A stretch of DNA of 45,000 nt from Candidatus Bathyarchaeota archaeon (GCA_963833125.1 CAWHWX010000017.1:1-45000); one strand, 5' to 3'; positions 20,068 to 29,238 are shown, counted from the stretch's first letter. Translations and numbers: made by a program. Notes: generated by a model not told the origin, from the sequence alone.

Positions 20068-20126
20068 AACTTGATGATATAGCCGAACAAAAGGTTACAT
20101 AGTTCACGCAGATTTCCAGAATCCGT

Positions 20127-20237
20127 AGCCCGGTGGTGTAGTGGACAGTTCACCCACAAAAGCATAGAGGGCTTTGGACCCTCCGACGGGAGTTCGAAAG
20201 GCAAATGAATTGCCCGAATTTCTCCCCCGGGCTACCA
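20127..20237 (+). tRNA. tRNA-Gln(TTG) with two BHB introns (D-loop: 20147-20159; 59/60: 20199-20220)
   Basis: A1:U72 acceptor stem AGCCCGG/CCGGGCT, anticodon arm GAGGG-CT-TTG-GA-CCCTC, encoded CCA. BHB helices are GTGG/CCAC and TTCG/CGAA. Confidence 0.93.
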
Positions 20238-20294
20238 AAATACCTACCGTACTTCCTCCGTGGTATATCGAAATTTCTAGGTTGAGAAGCGGTC

Positions 20295-21050
20295 CTACCT
20301 AACTGAACGTTCGATAGCAATGCCGTACAACCCGGCTCCGACGAAGATGAAAACCCCGCTAAACGTCAAGAGTTCGTACCATCCTTGAGCGGTCACGGCC
20401 GGAGTACCGATCAAATATCCCCTGATCAGGTCTGACACCCTGCTTAAGGGGTTCCATTGTGCCAAAACGACCATAGGCGCTGGGACTATTTGCTTGAGGG
20501 CAGTTAGTGGGTAGAAGACTGTGCTGCAGAAGACGAGAATCAGGTAAAGGAGACTCCGTGCAGTCGTGAATCGTTCGAAACTTCGAAGCGCGACCGCTAG
20601 GCTGATGGCCAATCCCGACACTCCCATCCCCAAGAGGTACATTGCCGACAACATCAGAACGAGTTGAGCATATGTGGGAAACCGCAAAATCACCATAGCT
20701 AGGACAAGCAACGGTGAAGCGTAAAGCAAACCCCTCAACCCGCCTGCAACCAATCGGCCGATGACGAGTTCTGAGCGGCGGAGAGGGAGGCTCAATAGGT
20801 ATTGATTGTAGCCGCGTCGCGTTTCGTTGTTTACTTCTCTTCCTATTACGAATGCTGCGGCGAATAGTCCCATCGCCACTATGCCAGGGGCTAGGAAGCG
20901 GAAGTAATTGAATGATACCATGTTTGTGAAGACGACGGCCATAATGAGAAGGTCTGCGAGGTTGATGCTGATCAGACCTGCGAGAGTGAACCGGTACTTC
21001 AAGAACACCCGCAAGTCATGCTCGATTACTGCCGTCATGCTCCCTAGCAT
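20295..21050 (-). CDS. ABC-2 type exporter permease
   Basis: YFRFLAPG, STVFYP, WNPLS. Confidence 0.85.
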   Translation of the reverse strand: MLGSMTAVIEHDLRVFLKYRFTLAGLISINLADLLIMAVVFTNMVSFNYFRFLAPGIVAMGLFAAAFVIGREVNNETRRGYNQYLLSLPLRRSELVIGRLVAGGLRGLLYASPLLVLAMVILRFPTYAQLVLMLSAMYLLGMGVSGLAISLAVALRSFERFTTARSLLYLILVFCSTVFYPLTALKQIVPAPMVVLAQWNPLSRVSDLIRGYLIGTPAVTAQGWYELLTFSGVFIFVGAGLYGIAIERSVR

Positions 21051-21054
21051 ATTC

Positions 21055-21813
21055 TCACTTCCACGCCCCGCCCTCAAGGTTTCGCTCGTAGATTGCAACT
21101 CCGAGAAAATTGAATGTCGCAAGAAAAATTATCACTACGACAACTGCCGTTAACGGGTTCGAGAGATATTGCATGTTGAAGTCGAGAGACCATCTGAAGA
21201 GGTCTGATGCGTACGTGAGGGGGTTGAACTTCGAGAGAGTCGCGATGGGACCCGGCATGAAAGCGATAGGATAGAGTGCGGAACTCAGCCTAACAATGAA
21301 TGCGTCCAAAGCGCCCATGACAATGTCGAAGCTATCCCCCGAGCGAAGCCCAACGGCAAGCGTGATGCTCAACCCAGAAACGCCGAAAGCAAAGCCGTAT
21401 AGCGCTATGAGCGCTGCCGCAACCCGAAGAGGACTCGTGACCCCGATCAAAATCATGAACCCTGCGGTTACAGGGGCCATGAAGATGAAGCTTCTAAGCC
21501 CCCCAGCCAGCGATCTTCCAAGCACTAACTCACGTCGAGTTAGAGGCAACGCTAACAGGTACTCTGTATACCCTTCATCAGCCTCATCATAGATTTCGTA
21601 GCCTGTGAATATCGCAACAGAATACATCGTCATGACGATTACGCCCATCGCGTAATAGTAGTAGTAATTGTCCATCACAACGACCAATCGTGAGATCGCG
21701 AGGCCGAATATGCCAATTTGAACGACTACGTAAAACCATCTCATCATGAGAATGCTGTACTGGTGCATGAGCAGGCGAAGGTCTCGTTCAATCACCAGTA
21801 GAATCTTGGTCAC
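21055..21813 (-). CDS. ABC-2 type exporter permease
   Basis: LLALPLTR.ELVLGR, SSALYP, FNPLTY. Confidence 0.85.
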   Translation of the reverse strand: MTKILLVIERDLRLLMHQYSILMMRWFYVVVQIGIFGLAISRLVVVMDNYYYYYAMGVIVMTMYSVAIFTGYEIYDEADEGYTEYLLALPLTRRELVLGRSLAGGLRSFIFMAPVTAGFMILIGVTSPLRVAAALIALYGFAFGVSGLSITLAVGLRSGDSFDIVMGALDAFIVRLSSALYPIAFMPGPIATLSKFNPLTYASDLFRWSLDFNMQYLSNPLTAVVVVIIFLATFNFLGVAIYERNLEGGAWK

Positions 21814-21818
21814 TGTCT

Positions 21819-22769
21819 CTATTCACTAACTTTGGATTCGTCGAGGGCAGCACCCGTGTAATGCAGGAACACGTCGTCCAAGGAAGGCTCTTTCATGTTC
21901 ACTGAGTTTACAACAACAGCCAACTCGTTAAGTCGGTCCATTATTTTTGGAAGTATCTTCTCTGCTCTGTTCAGGTAGATTCGCAAATGGGTTGGTTTCT
22001 CGGTGGTGAGGTCTACCACGCCGGCCATCTCCTTTAGCTCTGCGATTGTCTTAACGTCGATGGGTGTTTCCGCGCGTATGTCGATAACGTCGCCGCCCGG
22101 GATGCTGTCCTTAAGGTTTCTCGGAGTGTCTAGTACACGCAGTTTTCCATGATACATTATTGCGACTCTGTCGGAGAGGCGGTCTGCTTCGTTGAGCTCA
22201 TTTGTTGCCAATAGTATGGTGGATCCTTCGTCTCGAAGCGTGCGAATCATTTCCCAGATCAGATGTTTTCCAGCGACGTCAATCTGGGCTGTGGGTTCGT
22301 CTACTATTGCGATCTTTGGCCGCTGTATCATCAGTTTGGCGATTTCTACGCGCTTCTTCATACCGCCCGACAGTTCATTTGCTCGTTTCTTTCGAGCATC
22401 CCAAAGGTCTAGTTTCCTGAGCATTTTTTCTGATTCTTGCTTCCCGTTCTTAACTCCGCAAACTTTCGCATGCCAGGTTAGAATTTCCCATGGATTGTTT
22501 ACCCAGAAGAGTTTAGGTTCTTGAAAAGCAATGCCAACCAACTCACGTACCTCGTACGGGTTCTTTCTTACATCAAACCCGCCAACTTCAGCGGTTCCTT
22601 CTGTTGGTTTGATGATGGTTGAAAGCATAAGTAGGGTCGAGCTTTTTCCGGCCCCGTTTGGGCCAAGGATTCCAAGAATTTCACCCTCCATTACCTCGAG
22701 GTTAAGATTGTCCACTGCCACGCTCGAACCGTATCTTTTGGTTAGACCAATCGTTTTGACTATGGCCAT
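21819..22769 (-). CDS. ABC exporter ATP-binding protein (DrrA-like)
   Basis: GPNGAGKS, LSGGMKKR, DEPT, EPSLDDVF. Confidence 0.92.
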   Translation of the reverse strand: MAIVKTIGLTKRYGSSVAVDNLNLEVMEGEILGILGPNGAGKSSTLLMLSTIIKPTEGTAEVGGFDVRKNPYEVRELVGIAFQEPKLFWVNNPWEILTWHAKVCGVKNGKQESEKMLRKLDLWDARKKRANELSGGMKKRVEIAKLMIQRPKIAIVDEPTAQIDVAGKHLIWEMIRTLRDEGSTILLATNELNEADRLSDRVAIMYHGKLRVLDTPRNLKDSIPGGDVIDIRAETPIDVKTIAELKEMAGVVDLTTEKPTHLRIYLNRAEKILPKIMDRLNELAVVVNSVNMKEPSLDDVFLHYTGAALDESKVSE

Positions 22770-22869
22770 AAAGTGGCACCGCACCTGTCTCGGGAGGCGC
22801 AAGGAATTAAGCTAGTAATTTGGGCCGTTGGGGTCGATGAAGAGGTTACGAGTGAACCTATGCGCGCTA

Positions 22870-23184
22870 TCATTTGACCTTGAGATCGATTCCAACTGTT
22901 CTCTTGATTAATTGAGCTAAAACGTCCGCTTGAGGCTTTGACCCGCCTTTGGCGGGTATAGATACAACAAGAGGGAATTCTTTCTTCGTCCTCTCAATTG
23001 TGGGCAGCAGCCACTCGAAGACAGGTTCGGTTACCATGACGAGGGAGATGTTTTCATCTGAATGCACCTTTCGGAAGGCCTTTTCAGCGTCTTCGCGGGT
23101 CTTCACTGCAAAAGTGCTGCTGATGCCTGTTACCTTGAAGTAAGTGGATGTGGCTCTGTCAGAGATGAGGGCAATTTTCCCCAT
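22870..23184 (-). CDS. atpF: A/V-type ATP synthase subunit F (orphan, diverged)
   Basis: KIALISD..T...FK.TGI...P.VVSIP...LIKRTVGIDL matches the subunit-F pattern. Confidence 0.75.
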   Translation of the reverse strand: MGKIALISDRATSTYFKVTGISSTFAVKTREDAEKAFRKVHSDENISLVMVTEPVFEWLLPTIERTKKEFPLVVSIPAKGGSKPQADVLAQLIKRTVGIDLKVK

Positions 23185-23216
23185 TGTAATTCGCGCTCGG
23201 CAGGTGTGATGTGTCC

Positions 23217-23684
23217 CTAAAATTGCTTAAGGACATCCTCCCTCTCCATAACATGCCCACAGTAATGGCATCGTAACCGAATCGGCTCCCGTCTATCAAC
23301 ACCAAACTCCGGTTCGACTGGCTCGTGGGAATTCGAGATACATGAGGGGTTGTCGCACTTGATGGTTCCTCTTATGGTCGAAGGCAGTTCAACCACTTTC
23401 TTCGAAGTCACTTCGTAATTCCGTATTATGTTGATGGTTGCGCTTGGTGCGATCAAAGCGATCTTATCCACCTCACCAGGCTTGAGCTCCCTGTCCTGAA
23501 TCTTGACAATGTCTTTGTGATGCAAATGTTTGCTTTCAACATTGATCGCCGCACTGACGACCTCACCGTTCTTACCATTGATCCCTAGAATCTTCAAAAC
23601 GTCAAGCGCGAACCCAGGAGTTATGTGGTCGATAACTGTGCCGTTTTCGATTTTCTTTACGTATAGCTCCTGTCGCGTCTGCAA
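23217..23684 (-). CDS. pyrI: Aspartate carbamoyltransferase regulatory subunit
   Basis: IENGTVIDHI, KDIVKI, CDNPSCISN...CHYC. Confidence 0.97.
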   Translation of the reverse strand: MQTRQELYVKKIENGTVIDHITPGFALDVLKILGINGKNGEVVSAAINVESKHLHHKDIVKIQDRELKPGEVDKIALIAPSATINIIRNYEVTSKKVVELPSTIRGTIKCDNPSCISNSHEPVEPEFGVDRREPIRLRCHYCGHVMEREDVLKQF

Positions 23685-23754
23685 CTTTCTTCAATTTTGT
23701 ATGGTTCCAACAGTTATTTAACCGTGTGAGCGAAAGAGGGACGGGCGCGCCAAG

Positions 23755-24675
23755 ATGGAATTTGCAGCAAGGGACATAGTTTCGATCAAGGATTTTTCTC
23801 GAGAAGAAATCGATTACGTTCTTAAGATGACCGATTCGGTTGAGCCCCTAGCGAAGAAGAGTTCGCACGCGCTCGACGGGAAGATTATGGCGACCCTCTT
23901 CTTCGAACCGAGTACTCGCACGAAGTTGAGCTTCGAATCAGCAATGTACAGATTTGGTGGAGACTGCCTTGGTTTCGCTGAACCGAAATCTGCGTCTGTT
24001 CAAAAGGGCGAGAACTTAGCAGACACGGTTCGAGTTGTTGAGAGCTACGCAGACGTCTTAGTGATCCGTCACCCACTTGAAGGCGCGGCCCGGCTTGCCG
24101 CTGAATTCGCTTCCGTCCCAGTCATCAACGCGGGAACCGGTGCGGAAGAACATCCCACGCAGGCTATGCTGGACCTGTACACGATCCGAAGGGAGCTTGG
24201 AAAGATCGACGGGTTGAATGTCGCCTTAGCAGGGGATCTCAGGTATGGACGAACAGTTCACTCATTAGCTTATGCGCTTTCACTCTACGACATCAACCTC
24301 TACCTTGTCTCGCCCACTCTTCTTAGAATGAGAAAGGAAGTGATGGAAGACGTGACTGGTCGTATCAAAGTTCAAGAGTTTGAGGAACTCAAGGAGGTAC
24401 TGCCAAAAGTCGACGTATTGTACATGACGAGGATCCAGAAGGAACGGTTTGGATCTTTAGAGGACTACGAGAAGGTTCGCGGGTCTTACAGACTAGTTGC
24501 GAGCGATCTATCACAAGCCAAGCCTGAGATGATCGTAATGCATCCGTTGCCACGTGTTGATGAAATCGAGTACACCGTTGACAATACTCGGCATTCTAAA
24601 TACTTCAAACAGGTCTGGTATGGGCTTCTCGTCCGTATGAGTCTAATTGGCTTGGTTCTAGGAGCATTGAGCTAG
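23755..24675 (+). CDS. pyrB: Aspartate carbamoyltransferase catalytic subunit
   Basis: FFEPSTRT, HPTQ, TRIQKER, MHPLPR. Confidence 0.98.
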   Translation: MEFAARDIVSIKDFSREEIDYVLKMTDSVEPLAKKSSHALDGKIMATLFFEPSTRTKLSFESAMYRFGGDCLGFAEPKSASVQKGENLADTVRVVESYADVLVIRHPLEGAARLAAEFASVPVINAGTGAEEHPTQAMLDLYTIRRELGKIDGLNVALAGDLRYGRTVHSLAYALSLYDINLYLVSPTLLRMRKEVMEDVTGRIKVQEFEELKEVLPKVDVLYMTRIQKERFGSLEDYEKVRGSYRLVASDLSQAKPEMIVMHPLPRVDEIEYTVDNTRHSKYFKQVWYGLLVRMSLIGLVLGALS

Positions 24676-24742
24676 CTAGCACTTTGTTACCTAAGGTAAC
24701 GCTTATATTGCCAACGCATGAAATATCCACGTAGGAAAAGAA

Positions 24743-25498
24743 ATGCGATTAGAAGTCCAAGCCTCCTCCAAAAAACGACACGTCCTTCCCATGCACGTCG
24801 TAAATTATACAGCGTTCCGCGAAGACTTCCATACCCAAGAAGACGAGAGCGAACTCCATCTACTGGAGAAATTCCACGCAGCTCGAATTTTATCCCAGCG
24901 AGGAGACGTTGAGACTTTTATCGATCCAGTGCTTTTCGACCCAGAGAAACATTCCCAGAAACTGACCACGGATCTAGCCGGGGTCGAAGGTGAGACTCTA
25001 ACCGCAGTCTTCTGTGAAACTAAACCCCCAGACGATGCGCTTCTCAAGGAGCTTGAAGTGATTGATGGGGCTGAGAACTCCAAGACTGTTGTCGTCTACC
25101 CCTTCAGAGTCAACTCAGAGAGTATAGATGCTAAGTTTCCACGAGCAGTAGAGGATGGTAGGCTAACCATAGAGCACCTGAATTGGCGCGACAGAGGATT
25201 AGAGAAGGCGTTCCGGCAAGCATTGGAACTTATGGACCTGCTCTGCAACGAAACCCGCGTTAAGATGCTCCTTCCATTACTGGAGCACCCACAGGGGAAG
25301 AAGAATTTCCGAGAAGAGATAAACCCGAAGCTCATTTACGAGAACGTCCCGTTGCTAAGAACGCACAAACTTATCATCCAACTTTCAGACGACCTCTACG
25401 ACTTAACTCCGATGGGTAAAACAATCCTAGGCGAATATCTCGCGTTTGTTGAGAAGGTACGGGACTTGCTGCAGAAGTCCGCTAGAGACGAAGAGTAA
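24743..25498 (+). CDS. Hypothetical protein with C-terminal winged-helix-like domain
   Basis: C-terminal NETRVKML..L...YDLTPMGK wHTH pattern; N-terminal D...ETK segment. Confidence 0.65.
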   Translation: MRLEVQASSKKRHVLPMHVVNYTAFREDFHTQEDESELHLLEKFHAARILSQRGDVETFIDPVLFDPEKHSQKLTTDLAGVEGETLTAVFCETKPPDDALLKELEVIDGAENSKTVVVYPFRVNSESIDAKFPRAVEDGRLTIEHLNWRDRGLEKAFRQALELMDLLCNETRVKMLLPLLEHPQGKKNFREEINPKLIYENVPLLRTHKLIIQLSDDLYDLTPMGKTILGEYLAFVEKVRDLLQKSARDEE

Positions 25499-25512
25499 AC
25501 GAGGGAGTTGAA

Positions 25513-26001
25513 ATGAGTACAAACACGGAACGTTTGGACCAATGCCAAGACTTCGTCGACGTTTTCGAGTTGGTGAAGAAATCGGCAGAGCACTCCTTGG
25601 GAAGACGCAGGGCCGGACTAATGCTTTACCTTGCGAAGTTACCAAATCACATCGGTGCATTCCATACGATGGGGACGAATGGAATTGTTATGAACCGGAC
25701 AACTTTGGATATGATAACGCACAGCGCCCGGTCTCTACGCGAAATAAACTCGTACGTCTATTCAATTCTGCTTCACGAATATTTGCATTCTCTTGGTTAT
25801 ACGGAAGAACGTGAAGTAAGGAAGCTCGTGTACGACGTTTCATTAGACACCTTTGGACCGGAGCACCCCGCAACCCAAATTGCTTCGAAGGGCCCAAGCG
25901 CGATTCTACCTAGTACCGCGCCAGAGGAGAGTCCGAACGCGGCCCCCGATTTTGAAGTGATTCCAGACCTAGAAAGAAGCAGCCAACGCTACATCAGTTA
26001 A
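25513..26001 (+). CDS. Archaeal conserved HExxH metallopeptidase-like protein
   Basis: LLHEYLHSLGY..E; SD GAGGGAG. Confidence 0.78.
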   Translation: MSTNTERLDQCQDFVDVFELVKKSAEHSLGRRRAGLMLYLAKLPNHIGAFHTMGTNGIVMNRTTLDMITHSARSLREINSYVYSILLHEYLHSLGYTEEREVRKLVYDVSLDTFGPEHPATQIASKGPSAILPSTAPEESPNAAPDFEVIPDLERSSQRYIS

Positions 26002-28280
26002 GCTGCCACACTCGAACTGCTTACCGTGTAAACGACTCGGTCATTGACACTCTTCCTTTTGGCCTCGGGCCATAGGCTGAAGGGAAGTAGGCCGTAGGAG
26101 GGTCTTCCAAGATACGTCATCTTATCAGAGCCGCACTGATTGCACTTAGGGCTGATTCCAATCTCTGTTCGGCCGCAGATGCTGCATGTAGAGTAGTTTG
26201 AAGAATAGGTGAGGAATTTGCAACCCCCGCCAAGTGCTTTCTCTGTGAGGTTCAATAGGTTCATGGGCAGAGAGTCCCCCGAGACGCAGATCACGTTCAG
26301 ATGCCCCCCTGGCGTCGCTGATTGAAACTTGGCTTCGACTGCGATTCGGCTCTCGAGAGGCACTTTCATTGAAAGCGGCAAAGTTGGCAGGTCCGTGTAA
26401 TAGACGGGGCCCCTCCCGCTATCGGGTGCTATTACTGATCGTCCAAACTGTTGAACATCCAATTCTGCTAGCCTTTCCACCGCCTCATCCGCGGGGCGTT
26501 GCGAAATCGCCAGTCGCATTTCGCCTTCTTGGGACAAAGGCTTCAATTGTCTTGAAGCATCCTGAAGCAATTTCATTCCGAAGTCCCCACCGGTTCGGTC
26601 GATTCTCTCACCAGTGTGAGCTTCAACAGCTTCGCTGAGGCCGACGAATGCGAGATTGTAGGAAGCGTTCTTTTCATAGAAATAGGGACCAGATGTACTG
26701 TTGCCGGAGAGGATTGGGAGTAGAGGTTGTTTGAGTCGTTCATTGATGAATTTCTTCTTGGCCTTGAAACCTTCAACCGTTAGAGCGACGGTTTCTCTTA
26801 GAAGGGCGAGCAGTCTTTCGTCATTCTTCTTTGCCTCGTGTGCAATTCGTGGTAGATTGATGAATATCGTATCCATGCTTCCAGTTCTCAAGCAGTCAGC
26901 GTCCCATTGTCCTGTCCAATCGTCTCCTAACCTTAGACCCGTGGCCGAGTAACTGCTCTTTTCTTCATCCCCAAGAAGGGCGAAAAAGGGGATGCTCCTT
27001 TGAGCCGCCAATTCGTGTGCCCTTTCCAAGATCTTTCGAGTTCTATCGTTGTGTAATGCTTTTGGCCTCACCTTTACTAGTAGGTGGGGGGAGACGGGCG
27101 GTTTCCCAGCCGATATCCTTTGAAATGCTTCGATCGTCGATTCTGCGATGAGAAGTGCTTCTTCGGAAAAGTCGCTATAATTACCCGAAACCTTGCCGCT
27201 GGGGCCTATCGCTTCCTCTTGTCCGAGAAAGTGTGGAATCGTAAGCTCTACGCCGAATGAGATACCGCCATGTGAATTGCGAGGGGGCGTCTCTCTGAGG
27301 ATCGAGGTGAAGAAAGAGTATAGCGTTCTTGTGACATTTTCAGTTTTCATTCCATGCGCGAAGGGTGCAAGGAAGACGTTAAAGAAGTCAAACGTTTGTT
27401 CTCCTGAGGCTTCGGTACCTACTACCCCCAACACTTGGTTAACTAAACCGAGAGCCGTTTCCAGCGTTTCTGGAATCGGTGCCCCGGATGGGGGATGTTT
27501 CAGGAAATACCTCAGGTCATGGATGACCTCGTTGGGTGTGAGAATCCAGCTTTCGAGGTTCGCGATGTGGATTGCGCCTGAAATATGCGCGTCCGCTAGC
27601 TTGTGTGGCAGGCAGTTCAGCAGGACATATTCCGAGAGAACAGACTTCGATGAAACATGGTTAACGTAATCCGCGTCTAGTCCTTTTTCGCCGGCGTTCT
27701 TGATGAGCTGAGCGACATCGTGAACCGGCATGCCCAGCCTAGTTAGCTTGTGACGATACTCCTCCAGCTTCTTTTCGATAAGAATCGCATTGACGAACTC
27801 GCGTATTAGTGGCGCGGTCAAATATAGCGTCTTGAGTCTGACCAACCTATCTTCTGCTTCGGCAGCAATTTCATCTGCCATCTCTTGCGGAACTCCAGCT
27901 TCGATTACAAGAGATCTTGCGATCTTGTTGCGGTGGAATTCCTCTATCGCAAGCCTGGATGTTCTGACGTACAGTTTCCCGCGTTTTACGTTAACATACT
28001 CATCCAAGTCACGTGCAAACGAGACCATCATCGACCCTAGTTCCGTGATTCCGTACCGTTTCGTTTTCTTGTCGAGCATAACCAATCCTGTATCCGTCAG
28101 GCTTCTCAAGTGGTACACGAATTTTCCCGCGTCTCGAACTGGGTCCAATTTTAGCTGGAACATTAATTCCGTATATTGTAGCGAGCCCTTCGTGGAGAGT
28201 AGTCGTAAAATTTGTAGTCTGACTGGGGCTGATGCTGCGTCAAAGATTCCAGCGCCGACCCTCTCCGATGATCGAAGCAA
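25998..28280 (-). CDS. nrdD: wHTH + ATP-cone + class III (anaerobic) ribonucleotide reductase-like protein, catalytic residues degenerate
   Basis: N-terminal ArsR-like HTH; ATP-cone (VRTSR..IEEF....IA.SL..EAG...TAPLIRE.VN); NrdD core (AHISGAIHI, GEQTFDFFNVFLAPF, INLPRIA, PGGH, CSICG..CNQCG). Confidence 0.85.
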   Translation of the reverse strand: MLRSSERVGAGIFDAASAPVRLQILRLLSTKGSLQYTELMFQLKLDPVRDAGKFVYHLRSLTDTGLVMLDKKTKRYGITELGSMMVSFARDLDEYVNVKRGKLYVRTSRLAIEEFHRNKIARSLVIEAGVPQEMADEIAAEAEDRLVRLKTLYLTAPLIREFVNAILIEKKLEEYRHKLTRLGMPVHDVAQLIKNAGEKGLDADYVNHVSSKSVLSEYVLLNCLPHKLADAHISGAIHIANLESWILTPNEVIHDLRYFLKHPPSGAPIPETLETALGLVNQVLGVVGTEASGEQTFDFFNVFLAPFAHGMKTENVTRTLYSFFTSILRETPPRNSHGGISFGVELTIPHFLGQEEAIGPSGKVSGNYSDFSEEALLIAESTIEAFQRISAGKPPVSPHLLVKVRPKALHNDRTRKILERAHELAAQRSIPFFALLGDEEKSSYSATGLRLGDDWTGQWDADCLRTGSMDTIFINLPRIAHEAKKNDERLLALLRETVALTVEGFKAKKKFINERLKQPLLPILSGNSTSGPYFYEKNASYNLAFVGLSEAVEAHTGERIDRTGGDFGMKLLQDASRQLKPLSQEGEMRLAISQRPADEAVERLAELDVQQFGRSVIAPDSGRGPVYYTDLPTLPLSMKVPLESRIAVEAKFQSATPGGHLNVICVSGDSLPMNLLNLTEKALGGGCKFLTYSSNYSTCSICGRTEIGISPKCNQCGSDKMTYLGRPSYGLLPFSLWPEAKRKSVNDRVVYTVSSSSVAA

Positions 28281-28436
28281 TCCTCTTACCCTCCAAGAAA
28301 GCCGAATGATACACTACCGTATTCCTATGTTTAAAAAACTGTAGTTCCCTACATTCCCACCTGTTAGTGTCAGCTCAGAATCTTTATTTTATATTCCAAG
28401 CATGAGGGCGACATAATCAACAGAGCTGTTACGGCC

Positions 28437-28952
28437 TTGAAACATCTAGGGATGGAAAAAGACGATTATGATGTCTTGCGGAAACTGGAAGAAGCATTCG
28501 AAAGAAAAGACCTCCAATTCTTCAAGACCTTTCTTGAACAATCGAGAGATTACCCTCTTCTCCTACGAGTGCATTCCGTCTGTATGCTTGAGCATATCGG
28601 AAATGAGGAGATGGTCCTTCCCCTGTGTAAGGTTCTGAAGGAAGACGAAAGCCCATTGACTAGGCATGAAGCTGCTTTCACGATGGGCCAGTTAGGTTAT
28701 CGTTCTGCGGTACCTGCTTTAGTAGACGCGATGCTTCACGATAAGAGCCCAATTGTCAGGCACGAATCTGCTGTGGCTTTGAGTTCGATCGGGGATGATG
28801 AAGTTGTTCCGCAGTTGAAGAGGGCTATCGAAGATGAGGATGAAGACGTTCGCAATTCCGCTTTGATCGCATTCGAGTATTTGACATTCCTGCAGAAGAA
28901 ACGTGGTACCGCCGTCGAGAACGTGGCGGTCAAGACGAAAATTCGACTGTGA
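28437..28952 (+). CDS. HEAT-repeat protein resembling one half of deoxyhypusine hydroxylase
   Basis: HEAT repeats with RHEAAFTMGQ and VRHESAVAL. Confidence 0.8.
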   Translation: MKHLGMEKDDYDVLRKLEEAFERKDLQFFKTFLEQSRDYPLLLRVHSVCMLEHIGNEEMVLPLCKVLKEDESPLTRHEAAFTMGQLGYRSAVPALVDAMLHDKSPIVRHESAVALSSIGDDEVVPQLKRAIEDEDEDVRNSALIAFEYLTFLQKKRGTAVENVAVKTKIRL

Positions 28953-28988
28953 AGCATTTAACTTAGTGAGCGTTTCGTAGTGGGTTCA

Positions 28989-29164
28989 GGGGCGGTGGTC
29001 CAGACCGCGAGTCAACCCCTCGTGGGGACATCTTGGTCTAAGATAGCGACCATATCGAATCGCCTTAAAACCGGTCTCGGGACCATGAAAATGAACGGCG
29101 GGAACACCGGTGATCGAGGGTTCAAAATGACTGAAAAGTCATGACATTCCCTCCCGCCCCACCA
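28989..29164 (+). tRNA. tRNA-Pro(CGG) with four BHB introns (29004-29031, 29045-29069, 29082-29104, 29127-29147)
   Basis: Acceptor stem GGGGCGG/CCGCCCC plus ACCA, anticodon CGG at 29078-29080. Removing four BHB-bounded inserts gives a 79-nt cloverleaf. Confidence 0.9.
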
Positions 29165-29238
29165 AACCTACCTTGATAACCGATCCTTGCTCGTCGCGCG
29201 AGTTTTGGCAAACATCGGATTGGTGTTAATTCGTGCCC

